Shown here piece after piece: positions 39,601 through 51,681 of a DNA stretch of 64,000 nucleotides. The first letter of the stretch is position 1. Each line of letters begins with the position of its first letter. Below the pieces are notes generated by a model that did no database searches, was not told where the DNA came from, and worked only from the letters and a program-made list of their open reading frames with translations. Source of the DNA: Nitrospirota bacterium (lineage in GTDB: Bacteria; Nitrospirota; UBA9217); contig CAWBNQ010000001.1 in assembly GCA_963790205.1 (NCBI GenBank), forward strand, positions 992,001-1,056,000, read 5' to 3'. Both the position numbers and the translations under genes were made by a program.

Positions 39601-40023
39601 ATGACGGATGAATGTCTACAAGTCAAAAAATTATTTAAAGAATTGTGCGCACAACCTGTGTTGCCCTTCCCTCAGGCCCGCAAGCAAGTGGAGGCACCAT
39701 CAAAGCCAGGCGTTTACATCATTCGCAAGGATGGTGCTGTTCTCCATGTCGGAAGAACTCTGCGCGGGAAAGGCGGACTCTTTCAGCGTCTCATGGACCA
39801 CCTCTATGGTGCATCTTCATTCACAAATGAGTATCTTAAAGGCAGGGGAAAGACTCTCCGGAGGAAAGGATATACCTATCAGTTTCTCGCACTAAATAAT
39901 CCAAGGGTGCGAGCATTTCTCGAAGCCTACGCTGTGGGAACACTCTGCCCCAAGCACATCGGCCTAGGCGAGGCGAGTCACAATAAGTCGTCCCACCGGA
40001 CTTGGTCACGTCTGCAAGCTTGA
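39601..40023 (+). CDS. Hypothetical protein, GIY-YIG nuclease-like
   Basis: PGVYII..LHVGRT..LFQRL..H..LEA. Confidence 0.6.
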   Translation: MTDECLQVKKLFKELCAQPVLPFPQARKQVEAPSKPGVYIIRKDGAVLHVGRTLRGKGGLFQRLMDHLYGASSFTNEYLKGRGKTLRRKGYTYQFLALNNPRVRAFLEAYAVGTLCPKHIGLGEASHNKSSHRTWSRLQA

Positions 40024-40124
40024 CCTTTAGCATGTTTCAGTCAGCATTTCGCAACATTTTCTCTGAAGCGCCACTGCACATATTACACAAGCAGGCTGCG
40101 ATAAACTGCATCTCCACTACGATA

Positions 40125-41420
40125 TTACTTCTCCTCTCGCACCATCTCCGCTACGCATTCTATGTGGTACGTGTAGGGGAACATATCCACGGGCTGGAGG
40201 CGGTCGAGGCGGAACCCGAAAAGGTGAAAAAATTTCAGATCACGCGCGAGCGTGGAGGGATTGCACGAGACGTAGACGATCTTCCGGGGCACAAAGGCGA
40301 GCACGCGCTCGAGCGTTTTGAGGGTGGCGCCGGCCCGCGGCGGGTCGAGGACGATCAACGTCGGCGCGCATCTTTCTCTGGATCAGGGTCTTCAGACCTT
40401 TCTGCAGGTCGTCGGCGATAAACTCCGCGTTCTCGATCCCGTTCAACAGTGCATTTGCTTTCGCGTCTTCGATCGCCGAATAGCCGGACTCGATCCCGAT
40501 GACCGTACCGGCTTTTTTTGCAAGCGGCAGCGAGAAGTTGCCGATGCCGCAGTAGAGGTCGAGCACGGTCTCCGTTCCCCGTGAGCGCGGCGAAATCCAG
40601 TACGGTACGCACCATGTTCCTGTTCTGCTCCCAGTTGACCTGAAAGAAGTTGCCTTCCGTAGCGCGGAGCGCAAGGCCTTCAACCTCGAGCGAAAGCCGG
40701 TTCCTGCCGAGGGAAAAAACTTTTTTTCTCCCGGCGAAACCGGTCAGGCCGATGACTTCCGGGGCGAGGTTTCTGAGCTTTGCGAAAAAGGTTTCCATGG
40801 GCGGAAGCGGGCTCTGTTCACTGAACAAGAGGATGTGCGCCTCGCCGGCGGGCGAGGCATTGATATGGATTTCCGTGAGCAACGGGAGCTCGTTTGAAAG
40901 AGACCTGATGCCTTTCAACACCTTGTCGATAAGCGGGTGGATCAGGAACGCCTGCTCCACTTCGATCAGATCATAGGAGCCCTGACGAAAAAAACCGATC
41001 CGCTGTACGCCGTCTTTCACCCGAACGTTGAACTGCGTGCGGAGGCGGTAGTGGTCAGTGCGCGGAGAGGGAAGGATCGGAAGGGGACGAGCCGGCTCCA
41101 TGCCGCCGATCCGTTTGAGCGTGTCCAGGAGGATTTCCTGTTTGTATCTGAGCTGGGCCGGATAGGAGATGTGCGGCCAGGTGGCGCCGGTACACTGTTT
41201 CTCACCGAGGCAGGGAGGGGCGATACGGTCCGCGGACGGGGAAATAATTTCAACGAGCTCGGCCTGGAGAAACCCTTTTTTCCTTCTCTTGATCTCGACG
41301 GCGACCAGCTCTCCCGGGATGCACGCCGGGCACGAAAACCGCCTGGCCATTATCGAGCCTTGCCAGGCCGCTGCCGCCATGGACGAGTTTTTCTATCAGG
41401 ACTTCCGTTCGTTCGCTCAT
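40125..41420 (-). CDS. rlmD: 23S rRNA (uracil-C5)-methyltransferase; three single-base insertions as sequenced (about 41325, 40575, 40360)
   Basis: TRAM start [52 protein letters not shown] in successive frames; removing 3 nt restores one frame. Confidence 0.85.
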
Positions 41421-41767
41421 CCGAGGATCTTCTTTATCGTCTCACGAAGCAGCGACGTGTCCGCTGATTTCACGACATAGGCGTCCGAGCACCAGCTTCC
41501 GAAATCGTGCTTGTATTCCTCATAGGCCGTGCAGATGACGATGGGCAGCGTGCTGTCCTTTTCCTTCATCTTGCGCAGGGTCTCGATGCCGTCTATGTCA
41601 GGCATGCGCATGTCGAGGGTGACGAGATCGAATTTCGCGGTGTCGATCACGGCGAGCGCTTCGGCGCCGTCGGCGACCGTGGTCACCTCGTAGCCCATGT
41701 CCTCGAGCTCTTCCCGGTAGAGTTCTCGGATATTCGCTTCATCGTCTACTACAAGGATCTTTTTCAT
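41417..41767 (-). CDS. Single-domain response regulator
   Basis: ILVVDDE, LDMRMP, CTAY, VVKS. Confidence 0.93.
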   Translation of the reverse strand: MKKILVVDDEANIRELYREELEDMGYEVTTVADGAEALAVIDTAKFDLVTLDMRMPDIDGIETLRKMKEKDSTLPIVICTAYEEYKHDFGSWCSDAYVVKSADTSLLRETIKKILG

Positions 41768-41870
41768 CGTTGCCTCCCGTGCAGTGTGTGCATCCCGCGG
41801 ACTGTTTTTTTCAACTACGATCACGCGCAGAGCGCATAAAAAAATCCGGGGATCATCCTGCGGCCTGCTC

Positions 41871-44259
41871 CTATCTTATACCGCCCTTCGCTCCGTACGG
41901 CAGCTTTATCGTAAACGCCGCGCCGCCGCCCTCTTTGTTCCGCATCTCGATCCTGCCTTTGTGGGCCTTCACGATCCTGTTCGTGATCGGCAGCCCCAGC
42001 CCCGTGCCGCGCGGTTTCGTCGTGTAGTAGGGGTTGAAGATGTTGTGCATCGCCTTGGCGGAAATGCCGGGGCCCGTATCGCTTATTTCGATCGCGGTCT
42101 CGCCGGTCTCGGGAACGTCATACGTCCTGAGCGTGAGCGTCCCGCCGTTCTCCATGGCCTCCATCGCGTTCTTCAGGATATTGATCACCGCCTGCTTCAT
42201 CTGCTGTCCGTCGAACGCCTGCCGCGGCAGGGACCGGCTCAGGTCCTTCTCAGTCCGGATGCCGCGCTGCGCCAGCTCGTCCTCATAGAGCGTGAGAATG
42301 TCCTGGAGCACCGCGTTGATATCTCCTTCGGTCATCTGAGGGGCGATTTCCTTGATGTACGAAAGGTTGTCGTGGATGATCCCTTCGAGCCTGCCGACCT
42401 CGCTCAGAATGATGTCGATGTATTTTTTGTCCTCGGCGTTTTGAAGCTTTTTGGCCAGCCGCCGCGTGAACCCGCCGATGGAAACGAGCGGGTTCCTGAT
42501 CTCGTGGGTGATCTCGGCGATCATGGCGCCGAGGGCCGCCATCTTTTCGGACTGGACGAGCTGCTCGTGCATGGCGCGCATGTCCTTGTTCATGGTCTCG
42601 AGGTTCGAGTGAATGATGGCGTTCTCGATGGCGAGGGCCGCCTGGTGCGCGAACATGGTGAGGAACCGCATGTCTCCGTCGGTGATGGGCCGCTGGTTGA
42701 ACATATTGTCGACCAGGATGACCCCGATGACCCGGTCCTTTGCCACGAGCGGAACAGTGGCGAAGCTGTCCACCCGAAGCGTGTCGCGAAGCCATCGTGG
42801 CACGATCGGGTCCGAGGCGGCATTGATGATATTGTACGGCTGTTTATCAAGCAGCGGTGAGCGCAAGCACGCCTGCAGCCCGCTCCAGGGACACCCTGAT
42901 CCCCTTCGCGAGCGTGTTGAGCGCCGAATCCCTGTGCTCAAAAAGCTCGCCGGTCTGGATCCACTCCATCAGGCTCTTGTGCTTCATTGCGACCTCGCTC
43001 CAGGCGCGGGACGCTTCTTCCCAGCTTGCGGGGCCGATGCCCATCATGCCCTGGAGCGTATTGGTGCGATCGTTCGTGAGCAGGAGAATGGCCCGGTTGA
43101 ACCCCAGGCCGCTGCCCCCCATGGTGGCCGCCGTCAGGATGATCCTGAGCAGGCGGTCCAGGTTGAGGGTCGTGCTCATGGCCGCGCCGATGTCGTAGAG
43201 GATCGAGAGCTCCTGCGCGCGGGTGCGCGCCTCGTTTGCCAGTTTCTCCATGCGTTCGAACAGGGCGGCGTTCTCCACGGCCACCGCCGCGCCGCTGGCC
43301 ACGGTCGCAAGGAACTGGAGATCGTCTTCTGTGAACAGGTGCTCTTCCCGCTTGTTGTACAGCGTGATGACGCCGATCACGCGGTCATGGAATATCAGCG
43401 GAACGCTCATGAGCGAGCCGGCGGACAACCCGTTGCCCTTCGGCAGAGAGGGCTCCTTCGTCACATCGTGGATGAGCAGCGGTTTTTTATCCCGCGCCAC
43501 GCGTTCCGCGATCGTTTCCCCGATCACCGCGTCCAGGTTTCCGATGAGGTCGCCGATGAGGCTGAACGATGAATAGGTCTTGCCCGACACGATCTCGGGC
43601 TGGTTCATGAGCCGGATGGCGCAGCCCTGCGCGCGGAGCGACTGGGTGCTGTTTTTGGCGATGAGCGCAAGGAGCTGCTCAAGATCCAGCGTGGAAGTGA
43701 GCGCCATGCCGATCTCGTAAATGGTGGCGAGCTCGGACAAGCGCTCCTGAATCTTCTGGAACAGTTGTGCATTCTTGATAACGCCGCTCAACTGGTTGGC
43801 CGTGGTCGTCAGCAGCGTGAGCTCCGAAGACGCGGCGCTCCAGGCCGAAAGCGAGAGCACGAAGATGACGCCGAGGCAGCGGTCTTCGTCCATGATCGGC
43901 GCCGCCACGAGTGATTTGAATTTCTCGATGCCCGACTCGGGAACGTACTGAAAGCGCGGGTCCGTGTAAGGGTCCTCGAGCGCGAGGGGCACTTTCTGCT
44001 CCGCTACCCAGCCCGCGATGCCCATGCCGAGGGGAAAGCTCATCTTTCCGATAGACTCCTGGTTGAGGCCGACAGCTGCGGCCAGCGTGACCGTCTTGCC
44101 GGAGCGGTCGATGAGGAACACGGACGCGCCGTCCTTCCCCATGCCTTTCGCCACGACCTCGACGATGCGCCGGAGCTTTTCAGGCAGGTCGATGTACGAG
44201 TTCGAGATCCGGCTGATCTCGCTCAGGATGCCCAGTTCTGTTTTTTCGATCGCTTCCAT
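41871..44259 (-). CDS. Multi-GAF sensor histidine kinase; one extra base near 42853
   Basis: GAF repeats; HEIRNPL, NAMEAM, DTGPGI, GTGLGL; two ORFs join on removing 1 nt. Confidence 0.88.
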
Positions 44260-44366
44260 AGATAAATTCAGTAAGACAGGAGACAGAAGTGAGAAGACAG
44301 ATAAGCAGATAAGGCGTTCGCTCTCGCCGTTCTCTGACTTCATGTCCTCCGCTGCTGTGTACTCTG

Positions 44367-45816
44367 CTATTTTTTTCTCATCGCTTTCCGGTACACCTTG
44401 ACGTATTCCCCGGCCGAGCGTTTCCAGGAAAAATCCTGCTTCATGCCGGATTGCATCAGTCGTTTCCATTTCTTCCCGTTGCCGTACAGCGCGAGGGCCC
44501 GTTTAAGACACTCGACGAGCGACGATGCAGTATAGTCCTCGAACACGAAGCCGGTCCCGCGGCTGGTCCGCCCATTGTAATCCTGCACCGTGTCAACGAG
44601 GCCGCCGGTCTTCCTGACGACCGGGACCGTGCCGTACCGGAGCGCGATCAGCTGGCCCAGGCCGCAGGGCTCGTACTGCGAGGGCATGAGGAACAGGTCG
44701 CACCCGGCGTAGATGCGTTTGGCGAGCCGGTCGTCATACCGGAGCAGCACGCGCATCTGTCGCGGATACAGGGCGGCCGCTTCGGTGAGGATGCGATGAT
44801 ACTGCTCCTCGCCCGTGCCCAGGACCACAAGCTGTACGCCCAGGGCCATCATCTCCGGCAGGGAGTCGGCGAGGATATCAAGCCCTTTCTGCGTCACAAG
44901 GCGCGTCACCATGCCGATGAGCGGCGCGTCGCACGGCCGGCAGGCCGACGGTCTTCAGGAGCTCTTTTTTACAGGCTGCTTTACCCGCGGGCCTCAAAGC
45001 GCTGTACTTCTTTGCGATCGATGCGTCGCGGGCCGGGTCCCATTCCGCGTAGTCGATCCCGTTCACGATACCATAGAGGTCCCCGGCCCGCTTCGCGAGC
45101 ACGCCCTCGAGTCCGTGGCCATAATATTCCGAGGTCTGGATCTCCCGGCTGTAGGTCTTGCTCACGGTCGTAATGACGTCGGAGTACACGAGGCCGGCCT
45201 TCAGGAAGCTGATCTTGCCCCAGAACTCGATGCCCTCGGGCGTAAAATGCTCCCAGCCTATGCCGAGATAGCGCATGTCCCAATGCCAGAACGTGCCCTG
45301 GTATCCGAGGTTATGCACCGTAAAAACGCTCTTCGTTCGTTCAAAGGGGGCCTTTCCCCCGTAAAGCGTTTTTAGAAAAAAAGGCACCAGGCCTGTTTGC
45401 CAGTCGTTGCAGTGCACGATCTCGGGGCTGAAGTCCAGCTCCCGGCAGAGCTCAAGCACTGCCCGCGAAAAAAAGGTAAACCGCTCGGCGTTGTCCGGGT
45501 AGTCGGCCTGCGCCGTACGATAGAGCTCCGGCCGGTCGTAGTAAATGTCCTTGTCGATGAAATAGACCGTGACGTTCTTTCCCATCCGGCCCTGTAGAAC
45601 ATCGCAGCGCTCCTGCCACGACCCGAGCGGGACATTAAAGGTCGCGACCTGCTTCAGGTCGAAACCTTCCGGGTCCGCGCTGCGGTAGCGCGGCATGACC
45701 ACGCGCACATCGTGGCCGAGGGCGGCGAGGGCGAGGGGGAGGCTCCCGGCGACGTCGGCCAGCCCCCCGGTTTTCGCGAAGGGGACCGCCTCAGATGCCG
45801 CGAATAATATTTTCAT
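44367..45816 (-). CDS. glgA: Glycogen synthase; one extra base near 44933
   Basis: KTGGLADV, HCNDWQT, TVHNLGYQG, QKG, PSQYEPCGL. Confidence 0.92.
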
Positions 45817-46104
45817 GATTCGATAAACCCATAAAAGCGGTTTCACCACAGAGGCACGGAGAGGAACAAGAAAGTACGAACTTGAGAAGGTGAGAAATTG
45901 GGAAAATTCAATTCACACCTTCTTAATTACTCGTTTCTTTTTTTCAAGATTTTCTCCGTATCTCAGCCTGTGCCCAGCGCCTACGAGGTCCCTGATTCCC
46001 GTCTCGCGATTTTCAGCGAGATGGTACGACAATGAGTCTAAGCCTTGTGCTCTGCGCGAGTACAGGGTATGTCTCCGTGGCGGACGTTAATTTTTTACGG
46101 CTGC

Positions 46105-47105
46105 TCACAATTTGATTTCGCGGAGGAACTTCGCCGCTTCCTCCGGCGGCGTGGGGTTGATGTAAAATCCGGAACCCCACTCGAACCCGGCGACGTTCGT
46201 GAGCTTGGGCATGAACTCGATATGCCAATGGTAGTACTCGTTGCGCTCGTCCCTGAAGGGCGACGTATGGACGACATAGTTGTAGGGAGGGTTCGAGAGC
46301 GCTTTGTCGGTCCTCTTCAAGAGGTTCTGCAGCATGCCGGCAAGGTCCCGGTAGTCCTCGTTCGTAGAGCAGGCGTAGCAGGAAACGTGCTTTTTCGGCA
46401 TGATCCATGTCTCGAAGGGGAAACGGGGCGCGTAAGGCGCCAGTGCGATGAACAGCGGCGTCTCGAGGACCACGCGCGTTCCGGTATGGAGCTCCTGCCG
46501 GATGATATCGCAGAAGATGCACCGCTCCTTGAGCTCGTAGTGACGTTTGCAGCCGTCGAGCTCCTCCTGCACCTGGATCGGCACGATGGGCAGGGCGATG
46601 AGCTGCGAATGGGTGTGCTCGAGCGTAGCTCCCGCGGTCAGCCCCTCGTTCTTGAAGATCAGCGTGTACTGGAACCGGGTGTCTTTCTTCAGGTCTTCCA
46701 TGCGGTCCCGGTACGCCCAGAGCACCTCTTCCACGGCCTTCTGGGGAAGGCTCGCGAGCGTGGCGTTGTGGTCCGGGCTTTCGATGATCACCTCGTGGGC
46801 GCCGATGCCGTTCATCTTGTCGAAGATGCCTTCGCCCTGCTTGTCCAGGCTGCCCTCGATCTGGAGCGCGGGGAACTTGTTCGGCACGACCCGCAGCCTC
46901 CAGCCCGGTCCGTTCGGCCGATCGCGCTTCCGTCGCGATACGCGAGCACTTCGTTCGGCGTCGTGCGCTCGTTGCCCGCGTCGAAGGGACAGAAGCCCCC
47001 CCGTTTTTTGCCGCGCTGGTCCTGAAAGTCCGTCGGCCTTTTGCCGCGCTCGGACGAGATAATGACCCAGCGGCCGGTGATCGGATCTTTTCGCAATTCT
47101 GGCAT
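46105..47105 (-). CDS. galT: Galactose-1-phosphate uridylyltransferase family; frameshift near 46925
   Basis: MPELRKDP..RGKRP, VPNKFPAL, GATLEHTHSQ, AGFEWGSG. Confidence 0.88.
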
Positions 47106-47209
47106 AGACGAGCTCCTCTGTCCGCAATCACGGTGAAAACGCAGGTTCTTTTATTATATCCGGCTTGTTCTCTGTTGTCAAAAGAAGTCTTGATATGCTA
47201 AGATGATCC

Positions 47210-47694
47210 ATGGCGAAGAAGCTGGACAAACTGTCCTCCACGCTCGGGAGCATGCTGAAGGCCCGCGGCCTTCAGGGCCATCTCAGCGAGTACCGCATCT
47301 TCGGGCAATGGGAGCAGACCGTCGGCGCCGTGATCGCGCGCCATGCCCAGCCGCAGGCCGTGCGGGGCAAGAAGCTTTTTCTGTCCGTGGACAGTCCGGC
47401 CTGGATGCAGCAGCTCTCGCTCTGAAGCCCGAGCTCATCGAGAAAGTGAACAGGAGCCTCGGGAAGGACGCCATCAAGGAGATCGCGCTCAAGCTTGGCG
47501 AGATCGTTTCGACGAAGGGACCTCAGGCGGAAGAGGCGCCGGCCCGGCTGCCTCTTAATGCTGAGGAACGGGAGAAAATAGAACAGTACGTGCAGCATGT
47601 CCAGGATCCCGACGTCAGAGCTGCCATACGTCGGGTGATCGAGAAGGATTTTCAGATCAAAAAGGGGGCTGCGGGGAAGGGGACAAAGAAATAA
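47210..47694 (+). CDS. DUF721 (DciA-like) protein; one base missing near 47422
   Basis: WEQTVGAVIARHAQP..L.VDSPAWMQQL, then LKPELIEKVN in the next frame. Confidence 0.75.
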
Positions 47695-49112
47695 AACTGC
47701 AACCTACAGGCTTCGTAGCCAATCTAAGGCATTTTGTTCTTTAGTAAAAAAGTACTCACTTTCAGAAGCCTTGCCGTTCGTGCAACGCAACGCGTGTAGC
47801 AATGTTCCGAAAGTGAACGAAGATTATTTAAAACTTAAAGCAGCTTTATTCAATTCACGTGCTAAACGAATCACATGGCCGACGCTATTATCATTTCTTT
47901 GTTCCTCCGCCAGCCATGTACTTGCTTTTTTGATATACTCTAAAGATTTTTTGTCACGATATTTATGCCAGTATTGGAGCGAATGATCTGCATATGTCAT
48001 CGCATGAAATGTCTTTCTAATGTCGGATGAGTAACATTCCTCTAGCGAATTCATACTTTCATCCAGTGCTTTGCGTACTTCAGCACTATTCTCTCTGCTG
48101 ATATTGGCTCGAAATTTAATAATAGCATATGAATTTTTGATTGACCAATTCTTAGACCCTGCTGTGGAAATTGCCTCGTCAATCACTTTAAAGGCATCCT
48201 GATGGTCGCCACGACGGCTTAAATATAGAGCCTTTTGTTGTAAATTGAAAGGCGATTGATGTTTTTTATAAATAACATCATAAACCCGGGCACCATCTTT
48301 AACATTCGGAAATGCTCGTTCAAAAAGCCTCGCATCATATGCTCTTCTTTTGAAAGCTTCAAAATTGGGGATACTATATCTGCTTACATTATTATAAAAA
48401 GTAGTAAGCATTTTTGCTAAATCTTCAGCAGGTGCGATCTTATATATCAAATCTGCAAGCATATTCGACCTTATATTGAAATAGTCTTGATCCTGCTCTA
48501 CAAGTTCACCTGCATATTCAGTGATACTACTGCCTAGAATATCTATAAGATCGTAAATATCTTTATAGTTTTTTGCCGAGGTCGAAAAATAACTTAATAG
48601 TATATCCATTGATGCAATGCTTCGTGAGGTATGTAAATAACAAATAAGTAAAAATAAACTTACAAGGTCATCATTTTTGGACCTAAGATCTTTCATTACG
48701 CTGCTAAACCTGCTTTTGATGTTAGGTGATTTACAGTTTTTTTCTATTAATTCGAATAGTGAATCTCCTTCACTAAATTTATGAATATTATTCGCTTTAA
48801 TGTCTGATGGAATATTGCCAATTATCTTCTGGGCGTCTGCTTCATCTAGTTCAGTCACATCGTAAACTGACATTGACTTAGACAAAAAAGGGCTACTTGA
48901 TGAAGAGAGGTATGCATAATCTCTTTCGGAAATAACTAATCTAATGTTTTCTTTTTTTGAAAGTATCTCTAGTGCGTCAATCGATGACTGGAACTCATCT
49001 ACAAATAAGATTGCAGGGGCTAGGCCAATTCCAGATGCAATAGTCTGTGCTTTCTCTTTAGAGATAGCTTTTATGAATAATTTAAACCCTGCAAAGTCAT
49101 AAAAGGCTGCTA

Positions 49113-50213
49113 ATACAAACGCACTAAGTAATGTTACAAAGTCGCCTGACTTTGTGCTTTGACCACGAGTCAAGCGTCCTTTGGACCGTTGCCCAGATTG
49201 CGTCAAGGTTATCGAACCACCGGTTGGTAGTTGATTCATAGCGAATCTGGCGCCATATGCGCTCCTGCATATTCAAGGCAGGCTGATATGGTGGTAAGTA
49301 CACAATCCGGAGTCGTTTATGCTTTCTGAGAAACTCCCGGATTGGGTCACCCCTATGCCAACGAGCTCGGTCAACATACAGCCAGATAGTGTAGCCACGA
49401 AGCTGGCTATAAAGGTGCCGCAGCACTTTGAGAAAACCTTCTCGGTTGCCACGTTCCGTTTGGATGACGCCGGCACGAGCCAGAAGAGGAGCCACCCAGC
49501 CGGAAACATTCAAACGTTTCTGATGCTGGCTGGTTGTCGGCACTTTCAACCGTTTCCCGATGAGCGCCCAGCCGCGGCCAAGCCGAGGGTGCAGAGTAAA
49601 ACCGCATTCGTCCTGAAAAACCACAGTTTCTTTAGGACCCAGCGTTTTGAGTTTTTTTTAGGCTCCTGGCAAACTTCTTCGCGTCTTCTGCCTTTGCCTG
49701 GAGATAAACGTGATTGGCTCGCTTTAACCGATACCCAAGTTGATGCATCCAGTATTGGGCCTGACGGACTTTCAGCTTTATCCCGAACTGGCGCTGTAAA
49801 TGAGTTGCCAAAGTGGGGCCATCCCATCGAATACGATTTAAGCCGAACTTCTGGGGCGATTCCTCCAGTTGAAGCTCTAGCTGAGCTACGATCTTAGGAG
49901 TCATCCGAACTGGACGGCCTGACTGCTTTTTCGGGACAAGGGCTTCTACTCCGTCCTTGTTTACCGCCCGCGTCCAGCGGTTTACGTTCATCCGGGTCTG
50001 GCCTAGGACTTCTGAGATCCACCCCGGTCGTTGACCCTCCATTACCAAGAGGAGGGTAGCTATCTTTATGCCGATCCAAGCTCCTGGCACCTTCTCTGCG
50101 AGGGCCAGCAATTGCTCTTTGGACACCTTTATTGGGCTTGCAGGGGATGTTTTCATGCCCCCAGAATAACATAAAGTATGGTTAAAGTGTAACAATATTT
50201 ACTGCGTTTGTAT
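49113..50213 (-). mobile_element. IS630-family insertion sequence
   Basis: 25/28 inverted repeats including flanking TA (49111-49112, 50214-50215); reconstructed target CTAG. Confidence 0.93.
49124..50156 (-). CDS. IS630 transposase in two frames (50156-49632; 49624-49124) joined at an A8 run
   Basis: HTH part GRP..RWDG; catalytic part FQDECGF, YVDRARWH, LPPYQPALNMQERIW. Confidence 0.88.
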
Positions 50214-51341
50214 TAGTTGCATCAATAAAGTAGTCTTTCCTATTGCAGGTCCACCCGTTATTAAAATATTTTTATTGCTATTTATTTTTTCTACTATTTT
50301 ATCGTAGAATCGTACTCTGCATACTCTTGGAGAGTAAATGTCACTCCAGGTTGGGGACGCGCCTTGAAAATAGTCTTGAATTGATCTATGTTCGACGGCA
50401 GAATTGCTGGGAATGGAGTATTCGGGATATGGGTGTTGAGGGTGCCCTGTCGATTCTTTATCGCTGATTTTACTACTTTTAAATTTTTCAAGGTATTTAA
50501 GGAATTCCGCGGTATCTGCTTTAATTATGTTTAGACCGAGTGATTTATAATAATCTATTTCTCCGTCGACTATATATTTTGGAGCAAGAATTATCCACGA
50601 TTCCTTATGATTATGTTCCTTTAAAGCATTGGCAAAGACTTGTAATGTCCCTGCATCTTTTAAAGCATAGCCCCAAAACAATGTTGGGAAACGACTCATC
50701 AAAGATGTTAAATAATTCCATCTCGCTGGGTCACGGGAAAAAGCACTCGCAATATCTAAATCACCAAATACTAAAGGCGACCCTTTGTCTAAAACTGAAC
50801 CATGCATATAATAAAAATCAATGGCTTGTTTGTCTTGAAAGCTTGCGCCATTAAGGTTCGCATCATTAATATATTTAGAGGGGCTTGATTCAAATATCTT
50901 CTGAAAGAGATTGTCTATGTTAGTGGTAAATACATTTTTTATCGAGACATATTCAATATTATTGTAAAGACTGTCGAAAGTACATACAGAAAACCTATTG
51001 TGCAAGTAATTATAAAGCTCTTCTTTTTTTGTTCGCGATATTAAAGTGCATAATTGGGGTAACTCTAAGGCATTCGGTGCTCCTGGAAATGCTGCAATGA
51101 GCTCAGTCTTCAATGCACTTCCTGCAGGTAAGATTCTTTCTGAACAATCTTTTGCAAGAACAGAAAAACCAGCGCCTGTAAACAGATTTATGCCCGATTG
51201 CAGACGTTTTTCAAAGGTATTAATAAATTCGATTTCCATAAGTTCTCCTAACGAGTCCAACTTGTCTAATACGGGTAACAAAGAATCAGGCGTGCAGGCT
51301 ACTTACGCAATCCTTGGGACATTACTTTATTAAGCCAGTAC

Positions 51342-51374
51342 ATTTAATCATGTTTATCTTTGCATGTCAATGTT
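51342..51374 (-). promoter_or_regulatory. Promoter-like 33-bp repeat, copy 1 (TTGACA-N17-TTAAAT)
   Basis: 30/33 identical to 53168-53200; upstream of the SIR2 gene. Confidence 0.6.
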
Positions 51375-51681
51375 TATGACTTACAACGCGCAGGCGCGGG
51401 CGACTGTCGCCCGCGTAGCCGGGATGCCCCTGGGGATGTTGTTGTTGAAATTGCGGCACTGCTTAGTCACGCAACACGTGCAACAGCGTCCCTCTGGATT
51501 TATTTTTAAAAATCACGGTGGCAGGCAAGATTTCAGAATTAGTTTTAAATTATCTACCTGTTTCAATCCTATGTCAACGCCGTTGAACGGGAATGATTTG
51601 CAGGGTGTAAGCCAACAAATTCAGAATGAATTTTTATGAATTTTAGGGAATGGAAACAATAACGACTTCAGAAGCATTGCC

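Larger units (their letters stand above)
47824..51239 (-). pseudogene. SIR2-NTPase (Avs5/AVAST type V-like) defence gene interrupted by IS630
   Basis: FTGAGFS, TTNID, MHGS, FWGYALKD; GGPAIGKT; LFVDEF; removing the IS and one TA gives LLMQL-AAFY in frame, 770 aa. Confidence 0.85.

Noticed and set aside
40125..47694. Programmed frameshifting or phase variation in rlmD, glgA, galT and the kinase
   Set aside because: Indels are not in long homopolymers or slippery heptamers; sequencing error is simpler
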